Below are positions 10,508-21,919 of a DNA stretch of 64,000 bases, one piece after another; the stretch's first letter is position 1; every line of letters begins with the position of its first letter. Origin of the DNA: Candidatus Latescibacterota bacterium (GTDB taxonomy: Bacteria > Latescibacterota > UBA2968 > SICM01); contig CBDCJO010000002.1 of assembly GCA_965217865.1 (NCBI GenBank), forward strand, positions 4,000,001-4,064,000. Reading direction: 5' to 3'. A program made the position numbers and the translations under genes. The notes under the pieces are model-generated. The model ran no database searches. It was not told the DNA's origin and worked only from the letters and a program-made list of their open reading frames with translations.

Positions 10508-12208
10508 TTACAGTCCTGAGCTCGGATAACCGCGGTCCATCCGGAAGCCGTTGAGTTCCTCGATCCGCCACGAACGGGCAAACGGATCCGGTCCAAATCC
10601 ATACTCCTTCAGGGGTTCGTCGACCCAGTCGGCGAATTCTTCCGCCCATTGCCGCACCTGGCGGGAGTGACCCAGACGACGCATAAAGGTCCAGTCGTTG
10701 AGCCCCTGAACACCTCCCGCGTTCCAGAAGGCCACCCCGTCGAAGCCTGCCTGGTATATCCGATCTACATCCTTAATGAGTCCGATTCGCACACTCGGTG
10801 GGACATAGGTTTCGCCCGGGTCCGGAGCAAGGGGTATGGGGCATACCTTGAGGTTTGCGGAGCGCGCTTTCAGATCCAGGAAGAAATTCGGATCGAACGG
10901 CCCCCCGAAGTGTCCCGGCCATGGGAGCTTGTAGGGCACAAGCACGTCGACCAGTCCACGGTCGACCCAGCCGGACAGGTCGAGGCCGTATGTGAGGTTG
11001 AGCTCCGGATTCGCGAAGACGAAGGCGGTGACCTCCAATCGATCAAGTCCTTGGCGACGGGCAAGCTCATCCGTCAGGGCCCGGATTTCCGTCATAAACT
11101 CCGTCAGGGGTGCCGTGCGGTAATCCAGCCATTGTTTCCACTCAGGGGAGTTTTCATCCAGGGACCGGGGGTCCAGCCCGTGGCTTTTTTTGAAGCCCGC
11201 GACAAGCGGTTCCTCGAACAGGACGAAATAGGGGCCCCGGATGTAAGTCAGAGAAATTCCCTCCACTCCCAGGTCCACGCATTCCTCCGTGTATTCCCGG
11301 ATCATGTTGAGCGCCCTTTCCCGTACCTCAGGGAACGCATAGCTCAGGGTCATCAGGGGAACACCGTCCCGATCCTTTACCCGGAACTCCGGGTGGTCTC
11401 TGTATAGTGGTCCGGTCCAGACTTCGTCGTGAGGAGGATGGCCGCACCATCCGCCCACGCGGAAGGCCGGTTTGAACCCCCGGCCCATGTCGTGTAACCA
11501 GGTGCAGGCCTCCCTCAAGGGATTGACACCCGCCTGAATCATTCGGTCGATCCTGTAATCCGGTTTTCCAACACTCCCGCGCCAGATTCGCCCCAGACGG
11601 GTGTTGTAGCCCGTGATCTCCATGGTACCGTAGTCCCAGAACAGGTGACTGAAGTCACTTTCCCGGAAGATCTCCAGCCATCGACGGATTTCCTCCGCGT
11701 TTTCGGGAAACCCGGGGTCCACGTCGTTCAGGACCAGTTTGTCGGGAGGCCCATCATCCGGTAAGGAATCCAGGGGAACCAGACGCACCCAGGCCAGGGC
11801 TGCCCGTTTCTCCGCCCGGACAAAGAGGTCCTTCCCGGTGAGGTCGGCCGCCCGCCATAGGCCCTCCTGGACGGTGGGGAATTTCGTCCGGTTGTCCTGA
11901 GTGAGGACAGAGAAGCATGGATCATTGGTCAGTTTCAGACCGATGGCATTACCCGGGAACCGCCCCGACGGCCCGTGCGTGTCGTATAAGGCGACGTGGA
12001 ATGCGCAGGGGCCGCTCGCGTTCAGGGGGAACTTGACCTGAGGCAGGTCCGAGAAGTCGGGACTTCGGTCCCCGGTCGTCAAGGCCACGCCTTCCACACC
12101 GTTGACCTTGTAGGGTAAGATCCTCCAGCATCCCGGTCGTCCCTGGGAGGATAAGGCCCCCTTGGGCTCGCCCGAGGACCAGTCTTTGATCATGATCTCT
12201 TTTTTCAT
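10508..12208 (-). CDS. Putative glycoside-hydrolase-like TIM-barrel protein (GHL10-like)
   Basis: Motifs HPEFRV, LSYAFPEVRE...I.E and WVDRGLVDVL.P resemble family-10-like glycosyl hydrolases. RBS AAAGGA. Confidence 0.55.
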   Translation of the reverse strand: MKKEIMIKDWSSGEPKGALSSQGRPGCWRILPYKVNGVEGVALTTGDRSPDFSDLPQVKFPLNASGPCAFHVALYDTHGPSGRFPGNAIGLKLTNDPCFSVLTQDNRTKFPTVQEGLWRAADLTGKDLFVRAEKRAALAWVRLVPLDSLPDDGPPDKLVLNDVDPGFPENAEEIRRWLEIFRESDFSHLFWDYGTMEITGYNTRLGRIWRGSVGKPDYRIDRMIQAGVNPLREACTWLHDMGRGFKPAFRVGGWCGHPPHDEVWTGPLYRDHPEFRVKDRDGVPLMTLSYAFPEVRERALNMIREYTEECVDLGVEGISLTYIRGPYFVLFEEPLVAGFKKSHGLDPRSLDENSPEWKQWLDYRTAPLTEFMTEIRALTDELARRQGLDRLEVTAFVFANPELNLTYGLDLSGWVDRGLVDVLVPYKLPWPGHFGGPFDPNFFLDLKARSANLKVCPIPLAPDPGETYVPPSVRIGLIKDVDRIYQAGFDGVAFWNAGGVQGLNDWTFMRRLGHSRQVRQWAEEFADWVDEPLKEYGFGPDPFARSWRIEELNGFRMDRGYPSSGL

Positions 12209-12275
12209 GTGTTATCCTTTCGCGTCCGTCGACCTCTGACCATTGTCCATCGTCTATGGTCTATCGTCTCCTGCT

Positions 12276-13286
12276 TCACGAGCGGCTGAGTTCGGCCGTG
12301 TAGATCGAGCAGGGGGGAAGGCCGGTTCCGCTTCCCTCGTGACTGGAGTACCAGGACAACAGACCCCGGGTTTCATCGAGCTGGACAAATCCGGGGTAAG
12401 AATTGTCACCCCCGCTCGGCAGTTCGGCGATTTCCCGGAGCCGGTCGTCGACCATCCAGTAAAGCACGGTCCTGGGTTCCTTCGGATTTTTCATCTTCCT
12501 TCCACCGACCAGGTAAACCCCGTCCCACTTCGCGAGAAGCGGACCGCCGATGTCCCTGTCGAGATCCACACGGGTCCAGTCCCGGTATGGCGGGCTGGAC
12601 CGGCATATCTGAGCAGGCCGGGTCAGCTTTCCCCGTGCGACGGCCAGGATCGAGCCGTCTTCCTCGAACAGAAATGCGGTTTCGCTCCCGAATTCCTCCT
12701 GAAACAGTCCCACGGTTCGCCACACGAATCCATCATCGCTCTGTAAAAGAGCCGACTCAATCAGGGGTACCGCTTCCTCCTGTGTGGGGGTCCGAACGAA
12801 CTCCCGGATCCTCCGGCCGCAGAGGTAGGCCTTTTCCCCGAAGGAGGCCGCGCGCCAGATGTAATGGCCGTAGGTCCCCTCCAGAAATCGAGGGCCCTGC
12901 CAGGATTCTCCGTCGTCGCTCCATGCGCAGTAACCCAGATGGTCATTGATATCTCTGTAATCCGACCAGGTCTCGGGCGGTCGGGACGGATCGCAAGACC
13001 AGCAGCCGGCATAGACGAACAGTCTGTCGCTGAAGACTAGGAAATGCGGGTCCCGAACGTCGCGATTCGGAACACTGAACGTGTGGACCGTGTCCCATTC
13101 CGAGCCGTCTTCGCTGCTCATAACAGTGATCCACGAGGAGGGGAATACCTTATGGCCGTCCGGACAGGTGCGAAAGGTGAGATAGTACCTGCCCTTAAAA
13201 AGGCAAAGATCCGTAAAGGCGTTGTGGTTTCCGTCGTCAAAGACTCTGCGAACCGAATCGATCCGGAACGGAACAGGTGTACTCAT
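12276..13286 (-). CDS. Sialidase/BNR-like beta-propeller protein
   Basis: HNAFTDL, RDP, Asp-boxes (SSEDGSEW, SDDGESW, SDDGFVW) and LPSGGDNSYPG. Confidence 0.75.
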   Translation of the reverse strand: MSTPVPFRIDSVRRVFDDGNHNAFTDLCLFKGRYYLTFRTCPDGHKVFPSSWITVMSSEDGSEWDTVHTFSVPNRDVRDPHFLVFSDRLFVYAGCWSCDPSRPPETWSDYRDINDHLGYCAWSDDGESWQGPRFLEGTYGHYIWRAASFGEKAYLCGRRIREFVRTPTQEEAVPLIESALLQSDDGFVWRTVGLFQEEFGSETAFLFEEDGSILAVARGKLTRPAQICRSSPPYRDWTRVDLDRDIGGPLLAKWDGVYLVGGRKMKNPKEPRTVLYWMVDDRLREIAELPSGGDNSYPGFVQLDETRGLLSWYSSHEGSGTGLPPCSIYTAELSRS

Positions 13287-13310
13287 GGATGCACCTCATT
13301 TGTGAAGGAC

Positions 13311-13414
13311 CGTCAAACGTGAGACGTGAGACGTGAGAACGGGAAAGGCAGTAGCAGTGGCAGGACCGGATCCTGACCCCACCGATTCACGATTCACGAA
13401 CGACGATTCACGGT
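13311..13414. repeat. Intergenic mosaic (CGTGAGA x3, GCAGTA, inverted GATTCAC units)
   Basis: Read directly. Confidence 0.7.
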
Positions 13415-13415
13415 T

Positions 13416-14243
13416 TTACTTCCACACGCTGAATCCGCCGTCCACGACGAGATTGTGACCTGTGACATAGTCGGAGGCGGCGGATGCGAGAAAGAGGGCT
13501 GCGCCCTTGATGTCCACGCCCATTCGGCCCCAGCGACCGAGCATGGCGGCATCGGCGAAATCCCCTGTAAATTGCTCGGGGAGATCTCCCGGTTTTAGGA
13601 ATCCTCCCGGCGAAAGCGCGTTCACATAAACACCCTTCGGCGAAAGCAATCCGGCGAGATCTCGCGTCAGGCCCATCACGCCTGATTTTGCGGCGGCGTA
13701 GTCGATGGGTTGACCCTTCATGCCGCTTCTTTCATACATCCGACGGTCACGTCCGATAAGGCCGGCAATGGATGCGATATTGATGATTTTTCCGCGTCCC
13801 TGTGCCACCATATAACGGGCGGCCTCCTTGCAGCAGAAAAGGACCCCGGTCAGGTTTGCAACGATCAGATCCGCCTCGTGCTCGGGATCACGCTCGAATA
13901 GATGAGCAACGCTCTTTCTGGAGTCCCCGCCCGCATTATTGATGAGGATGTCGATGTGTCCCTTCCAGGCTTGGGCCTTTTCGACCATCGATTTGACCTG
14001 ATCGTGACGGCACTGATCCATCTCTAAACCCAGGGCCTCCACCTCGTGTTCTTTTGCGATCTTTTCGGCCGCCTCTTCTGCCCGCGACAAGCTCCGCGAT
14101 GTGATGATGACGTGGCTGCCGGCCTCCGCCATGGCGCACGCCATGTCATAACCGAGCCAGGCATAAGCCCCGGTCACGATGGCTACCTGGCCGTTCAGTC
14201 GGAACATATCCAAGACGTTCATAGGGTGTCCTTCCCGCATCAA
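13416..14243 (-). CDS. SDR-family oxidoreductase (gluconate 5-dehydrogenase-like); alternative start 14222
   Basis: VTGAYAWLG, NNAG, YAAAK, and VTGHNLVVDGG motifs. Confidence 0.9.
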   Translation of the reverse strand: MMREGHPMNVLDMFRLNGQVAIVTGAYAWLGYDMACAMAEAGSHVIITSRSLSRAEEAAEKIAKEHEVEALGLEMDQCRHDQVKSMVEKAQAWKGHIDILINNAGGDSRKSVAHLFERDPEHEADLIVANLTGVLFCCKEAARYMVAQGRGKIINIASIAGLIGRDRRMYERSGMKGQPIDYAAAKSGVMGLTRDLAGLLSPKGVYVNALSPGGFLKPGDLPEQFTGDFADAAMLGRWGRMGVDIKGAALFLASAASDYVTGHNLVVDGGFSVWK

Positions 14244-15535
14244 GCATAATGACGGATCGTGGCACGGAGCGCCTCCACCTCGTGTTCTACCTTATCGAGT
14301 GTCTGCATGCTGGTCTTGAACCAGCACATACGCTTTCGGAATGACTCGACGAGGGGATAATCATCCGGACTGTAGCCTTTGACACTCCCTTTGTATCGAG
14401 GATCGAAATGGGGGGCACGTTCCCGGGGTCCATAAAAGGCCATGGTTTTAAAGATGGGTTCGCGATGAGTCGGAAGACAACTGCCGTAGAGTCCGTCACC
14501 CCCTTTTTCGATAAATGTCTTTCGGAAGGTGCGCCAATCAAAACCCAGGGCATCTTCGTCCAGGAGGCAGGCATAAATAAAATAGGAATGGGTCGTACCC
14601 TCCGGCACAAAGGGCGGTATAAGCCAATCACACCTTTCCTCACGGATCACGGATTCGTACCGGTGGGCGATGTAGCGACGCGCGGCGACCAGGTAATCGA
14701 GCCGTTCGAGTTGGGCCATGCCGAGTGCGGCCTGGACGGCGGACATTCGAAAATTATATCCCAAACGGTCGAACCGCTCGAAGTTCCAGTCCTGGCGCTC
14801 ATCCCGCGGGATCATGGTCGCACCGGGTTTCGCCGTAAGCGTTCGAAAGCCCAAGACCGCGGCCTTGCGGATCTCAGTCCCATAGGCTTCGTCTGTCGTG
14901 ATCACCATCCCGCCGTCGGCAGCGGTGGTCATGTGCTTCGAGCCCTGAAAGCTGAAACTTGCGGCGTGACCGATCGTTCCGACGAGCCGGCCTTTGTAAG
15001 TCGCCAGGTAACACTGCGCGTTGTCCTCGATGACCGTCAGGTTGTGTCGCGACGCAAGGTCCATGATCGGATCAAAATCGACCGGAAGCCCAAAGAGACA
15101 AACGGGAATGATGGCCTTTGTCAGGGAGGTGATCTTACGTTCGACATCGGCCGGATCCAAGTTAAAGGTGCGTGGATCGGAGTCCACAAAGACCGGCACC
15201 GCCCCGGCATGAACCGTGACAAAGGCACAGGCGGGCATGGTAAAGGTCGGAACGATCACTTCATCCCCTGGACCCACACCTGCGGCCAAAAGACAGGACA
15301 GCATGGTACCGGTCCCCGAGTTGTGCGTGATGGCATACGGCACCCCGAATTTTTCAGCAAAAGCCGCTTCGAAGCGGCCCAGCATATTCGCGGATTCCCA
15401 GTTGCCGAATCCAAAGTCGAGCACTTCGCCGATATAGCGCCGGTCGGTTTCCCCGACGCGGGTGGGGGGAAGGTGGTTGTAGATTTCGGCAGGATCCAAC
15501 TCCCCTGGATCTCGTGTCACGAGGGAGCTGATCAT
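14240..15535 (-). CDS. DegT/DnrJ/EryC1/StrS PLP-dependent aminotransferase
   Basis: GVGPGDEVIVP, VIEDNAQ, SFQGSKHMT (PLP lysine), GYNFRM. Confidence 0.9.
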   Translation of the reverse strand: MISSLVTRDPGELDPAEIYNHLPPTRVGETDRRYIGEVLDFGFGNWESANMLGRFEAAFAEKFGVPYAITHNSGTGTMLSCLLAAGVGPGDEVIVPTFTMPACAFVTVHAGAVPVFVDSDPRTFNLDPADVERKITSLTKAIIPVCLFGLPVDFDPIMDLASRHNLTVIEDNAQCYLATYKGRLVGTIGHAASFSFQGSKHMTTAADGGMVITTDEAYGTEIRKAAVLGFRTLTAKPGATMIPRDERQDWNFERFDRLGYNFRMSAVQAALGMAQLERLDYLVAARRYIAHRYESVIREERCDWLIPPFVPEGTTHSYFIYACLLDEDALGFDWRTFRKTFIEKGGDGLYGSCLPTHREPIFKTMAFYGPRERAPHFDPRYKGSVKGYSPDDYPLVESFRKRMCWFKTSMQTLDKVEHEVEALRATIRHYA

Positions 15536-15583
15536 CGGTTTCTCCTTCCATTAAGATTCATCCCAGAAGGGATCGATCCCGGA

Positions 15584-16729
15584 TCAGTTGGGCGAAAGGA
15601 TCGTGCACTGAAGGCTGAAGTAGTAATCCCAGTCGACCGGGTGTCCCGTGCGTTCCTTTCCGCGATCGATCACCTGGCTGACCACAAAGTATCGTCCATC
15701 CCCGAGAGGGACCATGGTAGGCTCATCAGATGGGATGGCCTCGGTGACCCCGTCCAGAGGCGGAATCTCCACGTCCCGTTGCCACGTCTCCCCGGCGTCA
15801 TCGCTGATGAACAGCACGTTGAACGTCCTCCGGTCCCGTTTGCGATAGATCTCGCTCCCATCCGCGTTTCCCTCGCCTCCCACTACAAGCAGGAGCCGAC
15901 TGTCGGGGGTTTCCCACAGGTCCGGCATTTTTCCCTGGACTCCGATCGTGGGTTTGGCTATAGACCAGGTCTTCCCTCCGTCGGTCGAACGGGTCATCCC
16001 GAAGGTCCGTCCCGGCTTCTGTCCGGGCATTCCCCGGATGATGGCGAGGAAGGTCCCGTCGTGCAGCTCCAGAAGGTTCATCTCCGAGGTCCAGTCCACG
16101 TCCACCGGCTCGAAAGGATCCCAGGTCCAACCGCCGTTCCGGGAACGGAAGAAACCGGGGGAAGACTTTTTACCGTCGATACCCTCTTCCGGATATTTGA
16201 TATACGCGGGGAGCAGCAGGTCCCCGGATTGGAGCTCGAGGATCCTGCCGAATCGCATGATCCCACCCCGCGGGGGGGGACCTCCAACAGAGACGTTGAC
16301 CCAGGTTTGCCCGTGGTCCCCGGACCGGAGGCAGTGGATGCGGCGTAGATTTTTCGGCGAGCGAAGATCATACAATCCGATGACATTGGATTCCCCGTCC
16401 CCATCGGTAGAGGTCCCGGGCGGGTCCTCCCGTTTGGGGACGATGTTGTATCCCGCAGGGAGAAGGATCGTGCCGTCTCCCATCGTCATCATCCCGACGC
16501 AGGAGGTGATCGTGACCCGCGGATCGGGTGAGCGCCAGACGAGCTCGGGTTGGGACCATGTGCGTCCCTCGTCCCGGGACCGGACGACCCTGAGCTCGCC
16601 CCCGCGCGGGAACGGCTCCCAGCAGGTCGAATAGGCACAGAGCAGTTCTCCCACGGCCGATACCGTCACCTCCGGCATTGAGGCGGGCGGATCAACAACG
16701 GGGGCGTTGAATTCAATTCGGTAGTCCAT
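15584..16729 (-). CDS. Exo-alpha-sialidase/BNR-repeat protein
   Basis: Five Asp-boxes: SRDEGRTW, SGDHGQTW, SRNGGWTW, STDGGKTW, SDDAGETW. Confidence 0.85.
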   Translation of the reverse strand: MDYRIEFNAPVVDPPASMPEVTVSAVGELLCAYSTCWEPFPRGGELRVVRSRDEGRTWSQPELVWRSPDPRVTITSCVGMMTMGDGTILLPAGYNIVPKREDPPGTSTDGDGESNVIGLYDLRSPKNLRRIHCLRSGDHGQTWVNVSVGGPPPRGGIMRFGRILELQSGDLLLPAYIKYPEEGIDGKKSSPGFFRSRNGGWTWDPFEPVDVDWTSEMNLLELHDGTFLAIIRGMPGQKPGRTFGMTRSTDGGKTWSIAKPTIGVQGKMPDLWETPDSRLLLVVGGEGNADGSEIYRKRDRRTFNVLFISDDAGETWQRDVEIPPLDGVTEAIPSDEPTMVPLGDGRYFVVSQVIDRGKERTGHPVDWDYYFSLQCTILSPN

Positions 16730-16807
16730 CCGGGTTCCTCCTGATTTGATGTAGTACGGAAATATGAGGTGATCTCTGATGATTGTGGCTTCCCTTTACG
16801 CTCGCCA

Positions 16808-16910
16808 CTCCCAAATTCATTGAATATTGAATATCGGAAAATTGAATATTTGAACAATTCACGACATTCTTGGGGGTGCTCCAATATTCAATCTTCAATA
16901 TTCAATTTCC
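16808..16910 (-). repeat. ~110-bp AT-rich MITE-like element with TTGAATA/TTGAAGA heptamer arms
   Basis: Its reverse complement shares TTCAATTTTCCGATATTCAATATTCAATGAA with 29422-29452, and nearly so with the ISL3-split copy at 37833-39275. Confidence 0.75.
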
Positions 16911-19015
16911 TCTTGCCCCTGTTTGGCTGCCTCCTCCGTTCCGAGTCTCCTGAGGTCGATCGTCCAACCGTCTGATTCCCGGACGGCAAATCGCGGTTCG
17001 GACAGCCGGTCCAAGAGATCCGGCCTCGCCTTGAGCTTGTATATTCCCTCTACGAGCTCATACGGGGTAACGATTTCCCGCTCGGCCTGAAGCAAGCACC
17101 CGTACAGCACGAGTACATCCTCGTTACCAACAGCATAGCGGAATAATTCATAAACCTGCTGTGCCGTTGTCACGGGAAGTTCGGAACGATAATCCAGGTC
17201 AAAATTACGAGGCTCTCCGTTTCGCTGAAATACCAGGATCTTTGGATGATCGAACCGCCGCCAGGTTACGTCCGTGCTGCTGTCGTCGAAAGGGATACCC
17301 AGGAAGGTAGGCGTGACCCGGAACTCTCGGACGAGGGTGTGGCCGAAACTTCCGTCCATGAGCTTATCGTAATACATCGTCGCGAAGGGTCGGCGGCCCC
17401 GGGCAGCCAGGCGGTCATCGGAAATTACAAGATAGTTCGTGTTCGCAACATAGAGTTGGTAGAACGCCGAGGTATAGTAATTGAATCTTATCAAGACGGT
17501 AGGACGGACTATAGCCATGTGGTGGTCGACGTCCAGTGTCCGAGGAATTAAGTCTTTTTCGGAGAGGAGTTCCCGCATTCCATTGTGCCCCTGTTCCAGG
17601 AGCATAACCGATCCCTTGGGAATGTTGTGGGAGATCCATCGAGCGGCCTCGGTCCGAACGTCGGATCGCTGATAGATCCCCGCAAATGCTGCGCCATAAC
17701 CCAATGTGTAGAGACAGACAACCGAGGCGAAGGCGATACCGACGATCCGCAATGTCCGAGTCCCTGCACCGCAGACATCCACAAGGAAACGTGCGGATAA
17801 GATGGCCACGAAGGGGATCCACAGGACAAAATACCGGAAATACTTCCCCTGAGATCGCCCCGTTGCAAGGAAGTATAAAACTACGAAAGACAGTATCAAA
17901 AGATCCTCCCGGCGATGACGATATCCAGCCCAACCTATGCCCGCAAAGACCGCGATCTCCATGGGGATGCCCATCCTGGCCGGGAAGAGGTTTGTGACAT
18001 AGTAGGAGTACGCGGGTGTTCCTTCGAAGTGAAACGATCCCCGCATCAGGTTCTTTCCCATGTTGACCAGGATGGCGTTGGTCGCGGTCAACATATTTTC
18101 GGGATCGAAATAATCGGCAAAACGAAGAATCGAAGAGGGCGCAAGAACGATGAACAGAGCGATGCACGCTCCCAGGGATAGGTAGATTCTGATGTCCAAC
18201 AGGGCTCTGAGGAAAGACCGCAAGTCGGGTTTCCCGGTTTCACCTTCAGGATTCCTCTCCGTCCCCTTAAAGATGTTCACCAAATGAGCGACTCCAAGGG
18301 GCACGAACATTCCAAGCGCATTCAATTTGGTCGCGCAGGCGACTCCGATCCATCCCCCCGATATCAGGTAGTCTACGGGTTTCCCCCTATCGGCAACCGA
18401 CAAGAACGTGAGAAAAGCGACGGTCATCCAGAGGGTCACCAGGACATCGACGGTGCAGAAATGGGATGATTGGATGTGAAGCGGGGTCATGGCCAGGAGA
18501 AAAGCGGCGATGAGTCCCGCGGAACGTCCATAGCACCGCGTGCCAATCAGATAGGTAAAAAGGATCGTCAGGGTTCCTGCGACCGCGGAGAGGCAGCGAC
18601 CGGCCAGGCGTGTCAAATTTGAATCTCGGAAATCCTGAAGGTTAAAGAGGTCAAAACCCGCGACCCAGGAAAGTGGCTTCCCGACCAGCCAGAAGAGATA
18701 CATGAAAACAGGACCATAAACAGAGTAGATCCTTTCCTCTCCGTCGATCGTGTGATGGGGATGGATCGATTGGCTCAAGCTTTTCGTCGCAAGGGTCAGA
18801 AAGTTTGCGTCGGGATGAAATCCTGCACCCTGGATGGAGAGCTCCAAGCCGTCCACACGAAAGCCCTGTAACGAGGCGATCCCCCAGTCAATACCCGTAA
18901 ATCGAAGGATCGCGCCGAGGAGCATGATCAACAGGAGAGGGGTAACTGTTCGCAGGTTTGAGATGCGTTTCACATCCATCACCAGATTGATAAGCCTTTT
19001 GTGGGTCCGCTTCAT
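16895..19015 (-). CDS. GT-C membrane glycosyltransferase (GT39/ArnT/PMT_2-like)
   Basis: Many TM helices; FHPD, YGP, SHFCTVD, ATKLN and RY motifs. Confidence 0.85.
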   Translation of the reverse strand: MKRTHKRLINLVMDVKRISNLRTVTPLLLIMLLGAILRFTGIDWGIASLQGFRVDGLELSIQGAGFHPDANFLTLATKSLSQSIHPHHTIDGEERIYSVYGPVFMYLFWLVGKPLSWVAGFDLFNLQDFRDSNLTRLAGRCLSAVAGTLTILFTYLIGTRCYGRSAGLIAAFLLAMTPLHIQSSHFCTVDVLVTLWMTVAFLTFLSVADRGKPVDYLISGGWIGVACATKLNALGMFVPLGVAHLVNIFKGTERNPEGETGKPDLRSFLRALLDIRIYLSLGACIALFIVLAPSSILRFADYFDPENMLTATNAILVNMGKNLMRGSFHFEGTPAYSYYVTNLFPARMGIPMEIAVFAGIGWAGYRHRREDLLILSFVVLYFLATGRSQGKYFRYFVLWIPFVAILSARFLVDVCGAGTRTLRIVGIAFASVVCLYTLGYGAAFAGIYQRSDVRTEAARWISHNIPKGSVMLLEQGHNGMRELLSEKDLIPRTLDVDHHMAIVRPTVLIRFNYYTSAFYQLYVANTNYLVISDDRLAARGRRPFATMYYDKLMDGSFGHTLVREFRVTPTFLGIPFDDSSTDVTWRRFDHPKILVFQRNGEPRNFDLDYRSELPVTTAQQVYELFRYAVGNEDVLVLYGCLLQAEREIVTPYELVEGIYKLKARPDLLDRLSEPRFAVRESDGWTIDLRRLGTEEAAKQGQEEIEY

Positions 19016-21898
19016 TCCCTGAAAGTGACAATCCTGCTGGGATCAATTTTAACCGGTCCGAACAGCCCAGAGGGGAAGGGCCGATGGGTCTCATCCGGCA
19101 GCCCCGTTTGCCATGGGTCGGCCTTCTCTAATGCGGAGGACAAGGCGCCCTCCTTTTTCTCTCCCGGATAGGGGAAACGGATCGGGCCGTATCGGTTGAC
19201 GAGATCCTCGTAGTCCGGATCGGGGTCACCGAGCACCTTGTTGATCAGCAGGTTTGTAACCACAATGCGCAGCGCATTTTTACCCGGCCGGACCAGATCG
19301 GTTATGGCCAGCCTTCGCGGGGCCATCCAGGAGACGCCAGCGGGTCTTTCGTTGACGAACACCTCAGCGATCTCGTGTACCCTCCCGAAGTCCAGGAATA
19401 GGATAATCCCGTCCGACATATAAGCCTCCGAAAGCGAAAAACTCGCGGAGTAGGTTCCACTTCCCGAATAGGTCCTCGCAACAAGGAAATCCGTCCAGGA
19501 ACCGAGTTCAACCACTTCCAGACTTTCCCCGTCGTCCTCGAAACTCAAACGCCAGGGACCTTCAATTTCCACTGTCGGTGGCAGGGCCGGGACTTTTGTC
19601 CAGAGAACGCCTGAATCGGTCTGGATAAAGTATTTTCCTCCGGGGCCAACCCGCGCTTTCGCTTCACCGGTTTTCACGTCCAGCACCTTACGGGTGTTCG
19701 TATCGGTCGCGTGCGGTTTCCCGTTCGGGGGCCCGAAGACCAGGAGCTGCGAACCGAAGGCAGGTAGGTCCAGGGGGACAAAGGTCCGGCCCCCTCGATG
19801 GAAATAGAGGGATATGGGTTCCACATCACCCGTGAGGGGTTCCCAGGCCTCAGGGATTTTTCCTTCGACCCTGAACGAAGCGGTTACCTTTTTCGGTTGG
19901 TCTCCCTGATTGGATATGAAATAGATATCGCGTTCTTTGTCCTGCCGGTGAATATGGTAGAGATCGGGATCGTGCTTCGGCAGGTAGAGGTCCGGGTCTA
20001 CGTGCTGAGCGAGCACCTCGATCATCGTCCCCTCGTCCGGGACCAGATATGCAAAGCCTTTTCCGATGGGGTGGACCTGGACTACGCTTTCGGGCCCCCC
20101 TTCCCCAAACAGGTCGTTCACTGTCTTCCGGACTTTCCGGCTCTCCCCCTCGAAATCCCGAAGGCTGGGGGATCGGTCCGGGAGGCGACGGGTGGCGATC
20201 ACGATGCCGCCGGCAGCAGCAAACTCCCTGATCCGGACTATGGCCGAGGCGGGGATGGAGAAAAGATTCGGGAGCACCAGGACGGAATATCGCTGGTTTC
20301 GAACGACCATCGTCCCATCGACGACCTCCGCGGCGTTGATTAAGAGGTCGTCATTGATCAGGTCAAAGTCGTATCCCCCTCGCCGGATGGCCATCGGAAC
20401 CTCAAGGGCCCATCCACTTCTCGACTTCGGAGGAAAGATGCAGGGTGGGAAACGCCCCCTTCCGCCAGTGGCCCCAGGTGTCGTTGTAGGGAAGGTAGAC
20501 ACAGAGATCCGCCACGAAATGCCCCTGTCTCAGCGCATAGCTGATCCGGCCCATGTAGTCCGAGAGTGGACGGTAGTATTTCCACCAGGTGTTGTTGTGG
20601 TTCGCCAGGATCGAGGCATAGAAGACCCAACCCGGAACACCGACAGAGGGGGGGGAGTAGGAGTAGCCGTGATGAACGATGTGGTTGATCCCATCCTGGA
20701 AAAACGCGTCTGCGGAGGCCTTGATCTGCTCCATGGTGACGATATAGCGGGGCCTCTGAAGCCAGGTGAAGGCTTCCGCCGAGCAGATCTCGCGCCCGTA
20801 GAGGCGGGTTGCGGAGGCTGCCTGCCGCCGGACAGAGATGATCACGTGCGGGCCCGAACCTTCCCCCTCCGGAATCTGTGACACACCGTAGGAGCGGAGG
20901 ACGTCGGACGGGGTCCCGTGGGCTTGAACTCGGGCTTTCAGGCCGTTGTCGGCGCACCAGGCCGCGAAGGGCTCGAAGAATTTCTCCAGTGACAATTCGG
21001 AGAGCGTTTGCCAGTAGTCGAATCGCACCAGGGGTGTCTTTGGGCCGATGTCGTTCCACAAGGCGGGCAGGTAGGGACCCAGGTCATAGGCGCGCCGCTT
21101 CCTGAATTCATCGGGGAAGGCCGGGGTCCAGTCCGACCCGAAGACCTCCCAGCTGTCACAGAACATGGCTCGAACGGTTTTCCCAAACGCGGGGCCCACC
21201 GCTCCTCGAAAGGCCTCTCCCACCCAGTCGATGTGCTTCTGGAGCGCCTCGAGACTGAAGTGGTCGAGGACGCGCCCCTCACTCCCCACGGTCGCCCGCT
21301 TGACCATCTGGCGGGTGTGACTCCTGAAGAAGGCCATCATCTTCCAGGACCCCTCGGGGACCTCCCAGGTGATTCCCCCTTCGGCCGAGACCAGACTCGT
21401 CAGGTCTGTCATTCCCGCTTCCTCCAGCGCCCCCCCCGCGTCCCGGGCGGCCAAAACCCGTAGAAGCTCCTCATCCTCCCCCGTTCCGCCGGGAATCTTC
21501 CCGTTCATCACTGACGGTCCGCTCAGGTTTGAACTGTAGTATTTAAGGCATCCCGCGGACAAGGCTTTCGGAATATGCGGTCCCCCGAAGGGCCAACCGC
21601 TTCCGAACGTGATGTCCACGATCATCCCCAATTCTTGCGCCTTTTGGACCGCGAACTTCAACATCTCCAACCATTCGGGAGAGAGGTAGTGAAGGTGCGC
21701 GATTCCCCGACCCGGGTCATCCACATCGAGTGGGTAGACCGGCTGAATCTCCACCCCTCCGATTCCTTTGTCGCGCATCTCCTCCAGCTCCCGGGCAAGT
21801 TCCTCCTTTGTCACGGCGGTTCCGAACCACCACCAACGCATGAAGGGCCTGCAGTCCATGGGCGGATTCCGGAACTCTTCCAGGTTCAGGCCAGCCAT
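19012..21898 (-). CDS. GH106-like alpha-L-rhamnosidase/glycosyl hydrolase, split by one frameshift near 20404
   Basis: RPFMRWWWFG, GIGGVEI, GSGWPFGGP and DSWE in the N-part; GYDFDLIN, YSGSGTY and PSGLFGPV in the C-part. Removing one A of AA at 20404-20405 joins them as ...KWMGPEVPMAIRRGGYDFD. Confidence 0.85.
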
Positions 21899-21919
21899 AT
21901 CAGGATCCCTTTCGGAAAA

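Noticed and set aside
14408-16348. 646-aa plus-strand ORF
   Set aside because: It is the antisense shadow of the DegT and sialidase genes and has no recognisable motifs.
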